Origin: Candidatus Gottesmanbacteria bacterium
GTDB taxonomy: Bacteria; Patescibacteriota; Microgenomatia; UBA10105; UBA927
NCBI GenBank assembly: GCA_023245335.1
Contig: JAHFKK010000001.1
Span: forward strand, 299,282-363,281
Direction of reading: 5' to 3'
DNA: 64,000 bases
Shown here piece by piece: positions 1 to 10,366 of the stretch. The notes under the pieces were generated by a model. That model worked only from the letters and a program-made list of their open reading frames with translations, made no database searches and had not been told where the DNA came from. Position numbers and translations under genes: made by a program. The stretch's first letter is position 1. Every line of letters begins with the position of its first letter.

Positions 1-1786
1 TGTTGCCTACCCACACGACTGCGGTACGTGACGGCGTATAACCGGCGGTCCAATTGTCCCGTTTATCATTGGTGGTGCCGGTTTTTACCGAGACGGTCTT
101 TCCCGGAATAACCAAGGATGAATTCGGACCGAACGCCGCGGTACGCGCCTGATTATCTGCGAGTATGTCGGAAAGAATCCAACTAACGTCAGGTCTCACC
201 GCATCGACGGGCTTTGCGGGCTGGTTATCTTCCAGGACTTGGCCGGTATAATCCGTAACCCGGAGGATAGGAAGGAGAGTCTCGCGTTTTCCCATGTTCG
301 CAAGGGTGCCGTATACTTGTGCCATCTCAAGCATCGTGACGTCTCCGCCTCCCAATGTGAGAGATAGTCCGTAGCGAGTGGGGTCAATCCAGGAATCGAT
401 TCCCATGAGCTTGGCTTTGGCCATCATGGCCGGGAGTCCGACTGCCGCGAGTGTTTTGACGGCAGGAATGTTATAGGAGTTGGCGAGCGCATACCGTAGC
501 GGCACGGGCCCATGGAATTTTCCGTCATAGTTAACCGGTATATAAGCCGGGCTTCCTACTTGTTGGAATACAACCGGCGCGTCGTTTAGAATGGTTGCTG
601 CGGTCATGCCGTTTTCTAGGGCTGTCGCATACGTGACGACTTTGATGGAAGAACCGGGTTGTCGGTGAGAGGTCACGACATTTACATTGCCATCGTGGGC
701 ATCGTCGAAATAATTACGGCTCCCGACCATCGCAAGAATTTCTCCTGTTTTGGGGTTGGTCACGATTGCCGCTCCATTGCCAACCTGGAGATTAGCAAGG
801 CTGTCCACGTTCCGACTGACAATCCTTTGCATCTCATCCTGAACGTTTATGTCTAGAGATGTTGTGACGCGGAGACCTCCCCGTTCGACCAGTCGGGGGC
901 CATATTTTTCTTCCAGAAGCTCTTTGACGTACATGACGAAGTGGGGAGCCCGTATGCCGACACGGGGTTGGGCAAACTGAACAGGTTCGGCAAGAGCCCG
1001 GGTTTCTTCATCACGGGTAATGTCGCCGTCTGCAGCCATACGCGTCAGTACTTCTTTTTGTCTTTCGATCGCCAGTTCCGGGTGTCCGCCGAACGGAGAA
1101 TATTCACTGGGGGCCGCAGGGAGTCCGGCAAGAAGGGCGGCTTGGGCGAGCGTCAATTGGGTAACGGATTTACCAAAGTACGTTTGGGCGGCGGACTCAA
1201 TACCCCATGCGGTGCCACCATAAGGAACCTGGTTGAGGTACATTTCTAATATTTGATCTTTGGTGTAGAGACGCTCGGCCCAAAAGGCGAGAATGATCTC
1301 TTTTGTTTTGCGGACGACGCTGACCTCCGGGGTAAGGAGGGCAGATTTTATAAGTTGCTGAGTGATCGTGGATCCTCCCTGGATTTGTTTGTGGACGACG
1401 ATCTGCGTAGCGGCCCGGACAATACCACGGACCGAGAATCCCGGGTGGTGATAGAAGTCCCGATCCTCAATGGCGAGCGTCGCCTCTTTGACGTAGAGAG
1501 GAATGTTATCTAATTTTACCGGTGTGCGGTTTTGGTCGGTATAGATTTGATACAGGAGCTGTCCGTTCCGATCGAAAATCTTTGTGCTGACTTCCAGATC
1601 CCGTTGGGTAAGGAGTTGGGGATTGGGGAGGCTGCGCAAAAATATGAATGTGTTATACGGGATCATGACAAACATGACTGTCATTCCTATGCCAATGATG
1701 AGTGATTTGATGTGCAAGATAACGCGGGGTTTTCGGGGGGCGGGAAGTTGAATTTTTTTGCGTCTGGTGGGTAGAGAATATTTCAT
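1..1786 (-). CDS. Class A penicillin-binding protein (GT51 transglycosylase + transpeptidase); C-terminus runs off the window start; paralog of 2318-4534
   Basis: Minus-strand hand translation from ATG at ~1784-1786 gives MKYSLPTRRKK..TM..EDRDFYHHPGF..QGGSTITQQL..transpeptidase region, colinear with the neighbouring PBP. It is absent from the ORF track because it touches the window edge. The in-frame reading continues upstream to an ATG at ~2134, so a longer N-terminus is possible. Confidence 0.8.
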   Translation of the reverse strand, partial: MKYSLPTRRKKIQLPAPRKPRVILHIKSLIIGIGMTVMFVMIPYNTFIFLRSLPNPQLLTQRDLEVSTKIFDRNGQLLYQIYTDQNRTPVKLDNIPLYVKEATLAIEDRDFYHHPGFSVRGIVRAATQIVVHKQIQGGSTITQQLIKSALLTPEVSVVRKTKEIILAFWAERLYTKDQILEMYLNQVPYGGTAWGIESAAQTYFGKSVTQLTLAQAALLAGLPAAPSEYSPFGGHPELAIERQKEVLTRMAADGDITRDEETRALAEPVQFAQPRVGIRAPHFVMYVKELLEEKYGPRLVERGGLRVTTSLDINVQDEMQRIVSRNVDSLANLQVGNGAAIVTNPKTGEILAMVGSRNYFDDAHDGNVNVVTSHRQPGSSIKVVTYATALENGMTAATILNDAPVVFQQVGSPAYIPVNYDGKFHGPVPLRYALANSYNIPAVKTLAAVGLPAMMAKAKLMGIDSWIDPTRYGLSLTLGGGDVTMLEMAQVYGTLANMGKRETLLPILRVTDYTGQVLEDNQPAKPVDAVRPDVSWILSDILADNQARTAAFGPNSSLVIPGKTVSVKTGTTNDKRDNWTAGYTPSRTAVVWVGN

Positions 1787-2317
1787 TACCGGAAACCTGA
1801 TTCTCGGGAAAGTAATAACCGGCAGCGTGAGACGCGGTAAGACAATCCGGGGCATGCGGAATTTAGGGAGTGTCACCCTCGGGGGCCGAATCGTAGGAAA
1901 CCGCATAGACGAAGCCGCGGTTTGAATATTCGTGAATGTCCGTGCGATGAGTGTTTGTCGGAAGGTGAATACCGGTTTTGCTTCATGAAGACGTTTCGGT
2001 CGGGGAGCACGACGGCGGGGTTGAATTTCCGTCCATTTTTCATGAAACCACGTGTTGGCAGAGATAGTTGCGTCGTGTACTATCGGCCGAAGATACTGTA
2101 TGAAGAAGGGGGTAAGATGAAGGATAAATGACATGATTATCCGTATAGCATCGCCGATAGCGACAAAGAATAGGATAAAGAGAAGCGCGACCTGGGCAAT
2201 AAGAGGTAATTTGTGTTCCGGCGATGATAGAGGTCTGCGGGGCTTAGTCACGCCACTTTTTATATCACAGTCTATAGGCTTAAACAAGAAGGAATTGCCG
2301 TAGGAACGCTCTAGGCG

Positions 2318-4534
2318 TCATTTTACGATCGCCGGTTTTTCCTGGGGATGCTGGCAGTCCAGGCACCAGTTGGTTATGCTGTCCGATATGACCTGGTGTT
2401 GTTGCATTTCTACATTATCCGTTTGACCGGGGCTTGCAAGATCATTGGTTGTTTTATCGATAGCCACAGTCTGGGTGAGATTTTCCCTCGTGGTAGGGAC
2501 GGTGCCTTTCGTAAAGTATTCAAACCGAGTCGGGCACCCTTTATCACCTGCGTTAGGATCGGGATTCGGCGGAAGGAGCCCCGTCGTCGTACAGATTTGG
2601 GCTCCCACGACGCTATCCGGCTGTTTCGGCCAGATATCCGGTTGGCCGAAAAGTGCGTGTTGCATAAGTTTATTCCAGATAGGAGCCGCTCCCGTAATAC
2701 CGGAAACTAAGTAGCTATTCATCGGATGGTTATCGTTGTTGCCGACCCAGGTGGCGATGAGGAATTGTGGCGTGTAGCCAATGGTCCAGTTGTCACGGAT
2801 ATCATTGGTGGTACCGGTTTTGACTGATACGGCATGGCCAGGGATGACAAGAGCTGAATTGGGGCCGAATTCATCCTGACGGGCGTTGTTGTCGAGAAGT
2901 ATGTGAGAAATAAGAAACGATGTTTCGGGAGATACCACACGGACTCCTGTTTGCAGAAGCTGCGACGGGATGACCTTGCCGAGGTTCGGATCCTTGTATT
3001 GTTGGAGTACCTTGCCGTCTTTGTCGACCACTTTAAGTATTGATACGAGATCGTGTCTCGTGCCGCCGTTGGCAAATACGGAAAATGCCGTCGCCATATC
3101 AGTCATGTGGACTTCGCCGCCTCCCAATGTGAGCGACAGTCCGTAGTGTGTCGGGTCTTTTAACGTGTTTAAACCGAAGGCGGAAGCAGAAGCTACCATA
3201 TCCTGTACGGTGTTGAGGTAGAGCATTTTGACGGCAGGGATATTCAAAGAATTACCCAATGCAAACCGTAATTGTACCGGACCGTGGAATTTCCCGTCAT
3301 AGTTTCTCGGGCAGTATGCAGGCTGGCCGGCAAGATTGGCAAAACATGTGGGTTCATCCAGAAACATCGTTGCAGGCGTGACGATGCGTTTTTCTAGTCC
3401 TATGCTGTAGTTAATCGGTTTGATGGAAGACCCCGGTTGGCGAAGGGCAGTCGTGACATTAAACGATCCTGATGGTGTCGCGAAATAGTCCGTAGACCCC
3501 ACCATGGCGAGTATTTCACCAGTTGAGGGATGGGTGATAAGCGCCGCTCCGTTGGATACGTCAACGGTTTTGAGCTTTGCGACTTCCGCGGCGACGGTTG
3601 CCTGCGCATAGTTTTGCAGATCAAGATCGAGAGTCGTTGTCACTTTAAGTCCGCCCCGTTCTACCAGAGCTTCGCCGTATGTATTTTCAAGCTGGTCCTT
3701 CACGTACATGACGAAATGAGGAGCCTGGATGCCGGTTTCCGGCTTATAGACCAGTGGTTCCGCAAAGGCATCGTCTGCCTGTTTTTGGGTGATGTAGTGG
3801 TCGTCGACCATACGGGTGAGCACTTCTTTTTGGCGCTGTTTTGCATATTCGGGATGGGCCCCATAAGGCGAATACAGCGTCGGGGCCTGCGGCAATCCGA
3901 CCAGAAGAGCGGCTTCGGCGAGACTGACTTGTTTAATGGGTATGCCGAAATATTTTTCTGATGCGGTTTCTATGCCCCACGCGGTCCCGCCGTACGGCAC
4001 GGAATTGAGGTACATTTCCAGAATTTTATCTTTGGAATACAGGAGTTCAACAAGAGGTGCGAGCATAAGCTCCTTCACTTTCCGCGTGATAGTGCGTTCC
4101 GGAGTCAGAAGCGCGGATTTGACGAGCTGTTGGGTGATAGTCGAACCACCCTGGAGTTTGCGGCTGACAACCGATGCCGCAATCGCGCGAAGCAGGCCCC
4201 CGATGGGGTTTATCGCACCGTGTTGATAGAAGTTTTTGTCTTCGATGGATATCGTACCCTGTTGGACGTATTTGGGCATATCGGACAGGGGAACAGGAGT
4301 ACGATTTTGGCCGACGAAGATGTCGAAAAGGAGTTTACCGTTCCGGTCGTATATTTTTGTCGCTACCGGAATATCGTACCTTCCTAAATTCGCGGGAGAC
4401 GGAAGATCCCGTAGGATAAACCAGTAGAATGCGGCGAGCATCAGAAACGGTATGCACCAAAAGATGTATGGTTTCCATGATGACGGAATGCGTGGAAGCG
4501 GCAGTTTGCCAAACGATAGTCTAGGAAAGGACAT
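2318..4534 (-). CDS. Class A penicillin-binding protein 1A (transglycosylase/transpeptidase)
   Basis: 738 aa with an N-terminal TM, EDKNFYQHGAI and QGGSTITQQL (GT51 motifs) and a transpeptidase domain. TATAAT lies 6 nt upstream of the ATG (leaderless-like). Confidence 0.9.
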   Translation of the reverse strand: MSFPRLSFGKLPLPRIPSSWKPYIFWCIPFLMLAAFYWFILRDLPSPANLGRYDIPVATKIYDRNGKLLFDIFVGQNRTPVPLSDMPKYVQQGTISIEDKNFYQHGAINPIGGLLRAIAASVVSRKLQGGSTITQQLVKSALLTPERTITRKVKELMLAPLVELLYSKDKILEMYLNSVPYGGTAWGIETASEKYFGIPIKQVSLAEAALLVGLPQAPTLYSPYGAHPEYAKQRQKEVLTRMVDDHYITQKQADDAFAEPLVYKPETGIQAPHFVMYVKDQLENTYGEALVERGGLKVTTTLDLDLQNYAQATVAAEVAKLKTVDVSNGAALITHPSTGEILAMVGSTDYFATPSGSFNVTTALRQPGSSIKPINYSIGLEKRIVTPATMFLDEPTCFANLAGQPAYCPRNYDGKFHGPVQLRFALGNSLNIPAVKMLYLNTVQDMVASASAFGLNTLKDPTHYGLSLTLGGGEVHMTDMATAFSVFANGGTRHDLVSILKVVDKDGKVLQQYKDPNLGKVIPSQLLQTGVRVVSPETSFLISHILLDNNARQDEFGPNSALVIPGHAVSVKTGTTNDIRDNWTIGYTPQFLIATWVGNNDNHPMNSYLVSGITGAAPIWNKLMQHALFGQPDIWPKQPDSVVGAQICTTTGLLPPNPDPNAGDKGCPTRFEYFTKGTVPTTRENLTQTVAIDKTTNDLASPGQTDNVEMQQHQVISDSITNWCLDCQHPQEKPAIVK

Positions 4535-4580
4535 GGGAACATTATATAATAAATAGCACCTTTAAGGAGGACAGTTACCT

Positions 4581-5189
4581 ATGTTTACACTTCCTGATCT
4601 CCCATACGCATATAATGCATTGGAACCTTTTATAGACGAACGGACGATGCAGATCCATCATGATAAACACCATGCGGCGTATGTCAAAAATCTGAATGAC
4701 GCCCTCGTCGGTCAGGATGCGCTTCTCGCATTACCGGTTGAGGAACTCATACGGGATTTGACGAAAGTGCCGGAGGCTCTACGGACGAAAGTCAAAAATA
4801 ACGCGGGCGGGCACGCGAATCACAGCTTATTCTGGCAGGTGATGGCGCCAAAGGCGGGTGGAGTTCCTGCCGGCAAGGTTGCCCAGGCTATCGATGCGGC
4901 ATTTGGGTCGTTTACCCAATTTCAGGAAAAGTTTTCGGCGGCTGGCATGGGGCGATTCGGAAGCGGTTGGGTATGGCTCGTGGCTGATGGGGGGAAGCTT
5001 ACGCTCACCGATACACCCAATCAGGACAGTCCGGTGATGGAGGGAAAAACTCCGATACTGACGCTCGACGTGTGGGAGCATGCGTATTATTTGAAATATC
5101 AAAATTTGAGAGCCGATTATATAAAGGCCTGGTGGAATGTGGTGAATTGGGCAGACGTAGAAAAACGGTTTCTCGGGGCTACCACATAA
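4581..5189 (+). CDS. sodA: Fe/Mn superoxide dismutase
   Basis: 202 aa starting [25 protein letters not shown], with the D..WEHAYY C-terminal motif. AAGGAGG SD at 4563-4569. Confidence 0.9.
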   Translation: MFTLPDLPYAYNALEPFIDERTMQIHHDKHHAAYVKNLNDALVGQDALLALPVEELIRDLTKVPEALRTKVKNNAGGHANHSLFWQVMAPKAGGVPAGKVAQAIDAAFGSFTQFQEKFSAAGMGRFGSGWVWLVADGGKLTLTDTPNQDSPVMEGKTPILTLDVWEHAYYLKYQNLRADYIKAWWNVVNWADVEKRFLGATT

Positions 5190-5200
5190 TTTTTTTCTCT

Positions 5201-5935
5201 ATGCGTTTTCCTGATGCGTACGCGCTCCGGCGTGAATCTCCCAAAGAGACGATCATATTTGCCGCGAGTCAATTGATGGGTTCTCGCGCCCGGCAGGAAG
5301 ATTATTTCCTTAATTTTAATGACGAATGTTTTGTCGTCGCTGATGGCGTGGGTAGTCTTCCGAACGGAGACACGGCGGCGAAACTCGCCAGCGAAACTGC
5401 GGTGTGGGCATATAAGCATATCCGTCAGCATCGGTATTATTGGTTGGATAAAAAATTGTTTATGAAGCGTATCTTCCGTTCCACCAACCTTGCTGTATGG
5501 CAAAAACGACGGGAGAAAGGTTTTGAGGAGGGGCTCGCGACGACGCTCATGGTACTTATGGTTGGTCCGAAACATATCTGGTTGGGGACCGCCGGGGATT
5601 CCAGTGCGTGGCTCTTCCGCGACGGAGAGATGACAAAGCTGACCCATGACAAATCCGAATTTCAGGATATCCCGCCCCATGTGTTAGGCGTGCAGCGACT
5701 TGGACTCGTTCCGGAATTTTTGACGAGCCCGTTTGACGAAGGGGATGTGATACTTCTGACGACCGACGGCGTCGGGGATTATCTTACGGTACAGGATATG
5801 CAAACGTGCGTGACATCCGTGGGCTCTCGTATGGAGGACGTCACCAATTCGGTCGTATCAGTTCTTCGTGCCGCCCAAACAAACGGTTCGGATGAAAACA
5901 TGACTGCGGTTATCGTAAAGCGTTTGCCGAAATGA
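5201..5935 (+). CDS. PP2C-family (PPM) Ser/Thr protein phosphatase
   Basis: Carries VVADGVGS, ATTLMV and LTTDGV motifs. The internal ATG at 5201 was chosen because the long ORF start (5072) overlaps sodA. Confidence 0.7.
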   Translation: MRFPDAYALRRESPKETIIFAASQLMGSRARQEDYFLNFNDECFVVADGVGSLPNGDTAAKLASETAVWAYKHIRQHRYYWLDKKLFMKRIFRSTNLAVWQKRREKGFEEGLATTLMVLMVGPKHIWLGTAGDSSAWLFRDGEMTKLTHDKSEFQDIPPHVLGVQRLGLVPEFLTSPFDEGDVILLTTDGVGDYLTVQDMQTCVTSVGSRMEDVTNSVVSVLRAAQTNGSDENMTAVIVKRLPK

Positions 5936-5971
5936 CATTGCACTTTTCTGCAATTCCCCTATACTGAATCT

Positions 5972-7456
5972 ATGCCTGCCGAATTTTTTGATCCTATCAG
6001 TGATCACAAAACACCCCCGACGTATTTCTTTTTTGACGGCACATCATGGAAGGGTAGCGAAAGCGGAAAAACAGTCCCGGTCGTTTCACCCATAGACGGA
6101 TCTCCCGTCGGCAATCTCCCTGTCGTTACAACAAACGAAATTGATCAGGTCATGGCATCAGCAACAGCAGCTCAACCGGCATGGGAGGCGACGGCGCTTA
6201 ATAAACGCGTCTCGGTCATACATTTGGCTGCGGATTGGATCCGTCAGTATCAGGAATATCTGACAAATCTCATGGTCCGCGAGATCGGCAAAAGCGCAGA
6301 AGAAGCAAAAAGCGAAATTGTCCGTACCGCCGACCTCATTGATTATTTTGCGGATGAGGCGGAAGCACTGCGCGGAGAAACCATCGATAGTGATAATTTC
6401 CCCGGATACGAAAAAGGAAAGATCGCAATCGTAGAGCGGGTAGCGCACGGGGTAGTCCTTGCCATCGCCCCGTTTAACTATCCCGTCAATTTATCCGCAA
6501 GCAAAATCGCACCGGCTCTCCTTATGGGCAACAGCGTTGTGGTGAAGCCTCCGACCATGGGAGGTATAAGCGGTTTGCACCTTGTCCGCATATTTGAAAA
6601 AGCAGGTGTACCGCCCGGCGTCATTACCGCAGTAACCGGCACAGGAGATGTGATCGGAGATTACCTCGTGCGGCACCCGAAGATTTCTATGGTCGCCTTC
6701 ACCGGAAGCAGTGACACGGGTCTTGCGATTGCGGGTAAATCCCCGATGAAGCCTTTACTTTTTGAGTGCGGCGGAAATAATCCGGTCGTCGTCATGCCGG
6801 ATGCGGATATTGCCCTTGCTTCCCGCGAAATCATAAAAGGCGCGTTTGCCTACAGCGGCCAGCGGTGTACAGGCATAAAGTATGTCCTGACAACACCGGC
6901 AATACGCGAACAGCTCCTCTCACAAATCGTCAAACTCATGCCGGAGATGGTCAAAGCCGGTGACCCGCGAAGTCCTGATACGAAGATGGTCGGTCCCGTC
7001 ATATCGGAACAAGCGGCAGTCCATGTCGAAGAGGTCATCCAAGAATCGGTAAAAAACGGGGCAACCGTCGTTATGGGAGGGAAACGCGAGAAAGCAATGA
7101 TCGAGCCGACTATATTAACCGGTGTTATTCCGACTATGCCGGTTATTGCGAAAGAAACATTCGGGCCGGTCGTAAGTTTCGTCGATGTGCAATCCTTCGA
7201 TGAAGCAGTCACTATCATCAATCAATCCTCCTACGGATTGCAGGCGAGTGTGTTTACGAAAGATGAAGGGACGGGCATCGTGTTCGGCAGTAAGCTCCAC
7301 GTCGGTTCAGTACAAATAAACGGTTCGCCCCAGCGGGGACCGGATCACTTTCCGTTCTTGGGAGTGAAACACAGCGGCGTTGGTGTCCAGGGCGTGCGGT
7401 ATAGCTTAGAAGCGATGAGTAGGATCCGTCCGATAGTCCTCAATAAGCCTCAGTAG
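5972..7456 (+). CDS. gapN: NADP-dependent non-phosphorylating glyceraldehyde-3-phosphate dehydrogenase (ALDH superfamily)
   Basis: 494 aa with IAPFNYPVNLSASKIAPAL, FECGGN and SGQRCTG (catalytic Glu/Cys) plus the C-terminal QRGPDHFPFLGVKHSGVG. Close colinear match to the GapN I recall from streptococci. TTGCAC-N16-TATACT sits 6 nt before the ATG. Confidence 0.85.
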   Translation: MPAEFFDPISDHKTPPTYFFFDGTSWKGSESGKTVPVVSPIDGSPVGNLPVVTTNEIDQVMASATAAQPAWEATALNKRVSVIHLAADWIRQYQEYLTNLMVREIGKSAEEAKSEIVRTADLIDYFADEAEALRGETIDSDNFPGYEKGKIAIVERVAHGVVLAIAPFNYPVNLSASKIAPALLMGNSVVVKPPTMGGISGLHLVRIFEKAGVPPGVITAVTGTGDVIGDYLVRHPKISMVAFTGSSDTGLAIAGKSPMKPLLFECGGNNPVVVMPDADIALASREIIKGAFAYSGQRCTGIKYVLTTPAIREQLLSQIVKLMPEMVKAGDPRSPDTKMVGPVISEQAAVHVEEVIQESVKNGATVVMGGKREKAMIEPTILTGVIPTMPVIAKETFGPVVSFVDVQSFDEAVTIINQSSYGLQASVFTKDEGTGIVFGSKLHVGSVQINGSPQRGPDHFPFLGVKHSGVGVQGVRYSLEAMSRIRPIVLNKPQ

Positions 7457-7460
7457 TCTT

Positions 7461-8984
7461 TTATTCCCATTCCATCGTTGCCGGGGGCTTCGTCGTGATG
7501 TCATAGACAACACGCGAAATTCCGGGCACCTCGTTTACGATGCGGCTTGAGATCGTCTGAAGGAGCGAATAGGGGAGTCTACTCCAGGATGCAGTCATGA
7601 TATCGACAGATCCGTATACGCGAAGTGCCACGACTTCACCATAAAATCTCCCGTCGCCCTTGACGGCAGTACTTTTGGTATCGGTCAACACCGGAAATGA
7701 CTGGAAAACTTTGTTGATCCACCCGCTTCTCCGCATTTCCTCAAGGACTATCCGGTCAGCGTGCTGTTGCCGCGCGAGCCGATCAGCCGTGACCTCGCCG
7801 ATGACGCGTATGGCCTGTCCCGGTCCGGGAAATGGCTGCTGCATAACAATGTCATTCGGGAGATGTAATTTCAAGCCGAGCTTCCGTACTTCATCCTTGT
7901 AGAGCGCGCGCAGCGGTTCGTAGAGTGTCAATCCCATTTGTTCCGGTAAGCCCCCGACGTTGTGGTGACTTTTGATTTTATCGGCGTGTTTGGTACCTTT
8001 GGATTCTATAACGTCGGAGTAGATGGTTCCCTGGATAAGGAACCGTGCGTCAGAATAGCGCCGTGCTGTCTTTTCGAAATAATCGATATAGAGCTTGCCG
8101 ATTGTTTTACGTTTTTCTTCGGGATCTGTGATTCCCCGAAGCGCCGTAAGAAAATGTTTTTTGGCGTCCACGATCTCCAGCGGCACCTTGAGAATTTCGC
8201 GGAATATATGCGTTATCGATTCGTAGTTTTCCGTCCGCATGAGACCGTTATCTATGTAAATAGGTATGAGCCGCTTCCCGATGGCACGAGAGAGGATGGC
8301 CGCGGCGACCGTAGAATCGACGCCTCCCGATACGGCAATAACAGCACGCTTGTCCCCGATGACTTCTTTTGCCGTTTGGATGAAAGTCGCGGGTTTGAGA
8401 ATGATCCGTTTGATGGGGACACCGCAGATTTCTTTGAGAAAATTGCGAATGATGAGTGAGCCGTATTTCGTGTGCTTCACTTCGGGATGAAATTGCAGGC
8501 TATATATTTTTTTATACTCGTTTTGCATCATAGCAACCGGTGCCGTCGTCGTTTTCGCGGGACTGGTGTATCCGGGAGGGGGCATGGTGACGGTGTCGCC
8601 ATGACTCATCCATACCGTGAAGTGGTTGTCGATGATATGGGCAAATAATTTGGAGGGGCCGTTTATTTCGATAACTGCCGGACCGTATTCCTTGGTGCGT
8701 CCTGGTCTTACCTTGCCGCCCAAAAGATATGCGGTGAGTTGGTGTCCATAACAGATGGCAAGGATGGGGATACCCAGAGTAAATATGTTTTTGTCGACCA
8801 TCGGAGCGCCGTTTTGGTTGACAAACGCAGGGCCTCCGGAAAATATGATGCCGTCCGGTTTTTGAAGTCTGATCTCATCCATCGCATCTTCCGGCGGCAC
8901 GATCATGACTGCGGCCCCGCATTCGCGTACGCGCCTGCCAATAAGATGTGCGGTCTGCGATCCAAAATCGATAAGTAATATCAT
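7461..8984 (-). CDS. guaA: GMP synthase (glutamine-hydrolysing)
   Basis: GATase domain (MILLIDFGSQ..) plus ATP-PPase SGGVDS. Start set to 8984 (MILLID) immediately after the stop of the upstream gene. Confidence 0.9.
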   Translation of the reverse strand: MILLIDFGSQTAHLIGRRVRECGAAVMIVPPEDAMDEIRLQKPDGIIFSGGPAFVNQNGAPMVDKNIFTLGIPILAICYGHQLTAYLLGGKVRPGRTKEYGPAVIEINGPSKLFAHIIDNHFTVWMSHGDTVTMPPPGYTSPAKTTTAPVAMMQNEYKKIYSLQFHPEVKHTKYGSLIIRNFLKEICGVPIKRIILKPATFIQTAKEVIGDKRAVIAVSGGVDSTVAAAILSRAIGKRLIPIYIDNGLMRTENYESITHIFREILKVPLEIVDAKKHFLTALRGITDPEEKRKTIGKLYIDYFEKTARRYSDARFLIQGTIYSDVIESKGTKHADKIKSHHNVGGLPEQMGLTLYEPLRALYKDEVRKLGLKLHLPNDIVMQQPFPGPGQAIRVIGEVTADRLARQQHADRIVLEEMRRSGWINKVFQSFPVLTDTKSTAVKGDGRFYGEVVALRVYGSVDIMTASWSRLPYSLLQTISSRIVNEVPGISRVVYDITTKPPATMEWE

Positions 8985-8986
8985 CG

Positions 8987-9709
8987 TTATTCCTGTCGGA
9001 CCAGAGAAAACCAATAGTTGAACCCTTTCAGCTTGAGTTTTCCCGGGCGCATGGAATCTATCGTCACGAGGGAGTAGATTTCATCGTCCCGGAATCCCGC
9101 TTGCTTGACACGTTCCCGTCCGAGGAATGGCTTTTCGATAACAAATACACAGCCGACCGGAATGGCATTTGCTTCGCGTATGATCGCCAGTAAGTCCGTT
9201 GTTGTTTTGCCGGTATCCAGAAAATCATCACAGATAAGAACCCGGCTTCCCGGAGGGAGGCAATCTTTGGCAACGACGAGTGGTACGGACATACCGTGTG
9301 TATATGAGCGGCTCTGAGTCTTATATGCATCCTGTATGGTGATGGGCATGCCTTTCGGGGCATAGATGATGTCCGGCATTGACGGAAGATTTGCGGCGAT
9401 TGCGACGCTTGGGATGTTACCGGAGGAGGGAGCCGTGAGGATAATGTCGGGTTGGAGATTGGCGACCATGAAGGCAAGTTCTTCGCCTATCGCGTCTATG
9501 AGTCTCGTATTGATGCGATGATTCAAAAAGTGCGTGACGTCCAAAACCAGAAGCGGTGACTCGGAACCCTTCAGGTGATATTCAAAGGATCGCGACTGGG
9601 TGACGAGCGCGCTCGCGAGTAGCTTTTGAGCCCGGGAATAGTCAGAAGATGAGATAAGTTGGAGTGCGGCCTTTGCTTCCGTTACCGGTAATTCCGGGTA
9701 GTCTTTCAT
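8987..9709 (-). CDS. Purine phosphoribosyltransferase, xanthine-PRT-like
   Basis: PRPP-binding motif VLICDDFLDTGKT with an N-terminal extension. ATGA overlap with the upstream PRTase gene. Confidence 0.7.
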   Translation of the reverse strand: MKDYPELPVTEAKAALQLISSSDYSRAQKLLASALVTQSRSFEYHLKGSESPLLVLDVTHFLNHRINTRLIDAIGEELAFMVANLQPDIILTAPSSGNIPSVAIAANLPSMPDIIYAPKGMPITIQDAYKTQSRSYTHGMSVPLVVAKDCLPPGSRVLICDDFLDTGKTTTDLLAIIREANAIPVGCVFVIEKPFLGRERVKQAGFRDDEIYSLVTIDSMRPGKLKLKGFNYWFSLVRQE

Positions 9710-10284
9710 GTCAGGTGATGTTTTCGGACAAATTTAATTTGTTTGTCGGTATACCCTAGTGTCTCGAGAAATGTCTGGATTTCCGCCTTTGTTTTCCCTT
9801 CTGCCGTCATTTTTTTCGTGAATGTGTATATCCATTCGGTCACCTCAAACGGTTGCAGGAGCCATTTCGTCGTACGGGTCGCGAAATAATCCGGCTGTAC
9901 GCTAGAGTGCGGCTTGTAAAACAATGTAGCGATCGTTATCACGTGCGGCCGAAAGCGTTTGAGATAAGAGACGGCGCGGGTGAGCGTTTTGCCGGTATCG
10001 GCGATGTCATCAACCAGTAAGACTCGTTTCCCGGCAATACGCGATGAGAGTCCTGCTGTAATTTCTACCTGACCCTGTTTTTGAATGTCCGTATAGCTTT
10101 GAATAGTGATAGAAGAGATGGGGACACGCAGAAAGTCAGATAATATGTGCCCGAAAGTGAGACCGCCGCGGCCGATCGCGACGATAATATCAAAGGGTTT
10201 GTCATGAACAATGATCGCTGCCGCAAGTTTTTGTGAGAGGTTTTGGTAGTCGTTCCAGGAAACCGGGAGGTATTGGACGTGCAT
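9706..10284 (-). CDS. Purine phosphoribosyltransferase, Hpt/Gpt-like
   Basis: VLLVDDIADTGKT PRTase motif; 192 aa. TTGACA-N18-CATACT sits 5 nt before the ATG on the minus strand. Confidence 0.75.
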   Translation of the reverse strand: MHVQYLPVSWNDYQNLSQKLAAAIIVHDKPFDIIVAIGRGGLTFGHILSDFLRVPISSITIQSYTDIQKQGQVEITAGLSSRIAGKRVLLVDDIADTGKTLTRAVSYLKRFRPHVITIATLFYKPHSSVQPDYFATRTTKWLLQPFEVTEWIYTFTKKMTAEGKTKAEIQTFLETLGYTDKQIKFVRKHHLT

Positions 10285-10332
10285 ACGCTAGTATGCGGGT
10301 GAATCGGCGATTTTGTCAATAATTATTTTCGC

Positions 10333-10361
10333 TTGACGAATACGGGGGCGGCTTTATAATA
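10333..10361 (+). promoter_or_regulatory. sigma70-like promoter (TTGACG-N17-TATAAT) ending 5 nt before the ATG at 10367, so leaderless
   Basis: Sequence reading only. Confidence 0.45.
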
Positions 10362-10366
10362 GGTGC

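Noticed and set aside
5072-5200. Upstream extension of the PP2C ORF
   Set aside because: Overlaps the sodA 3' end. The internal ATG at 5201 follows the sodA stop directly.
5117-5680. 187-aa minus-strand ORF
   Set aside because: Antisense to the PP2C phosphatase gene.
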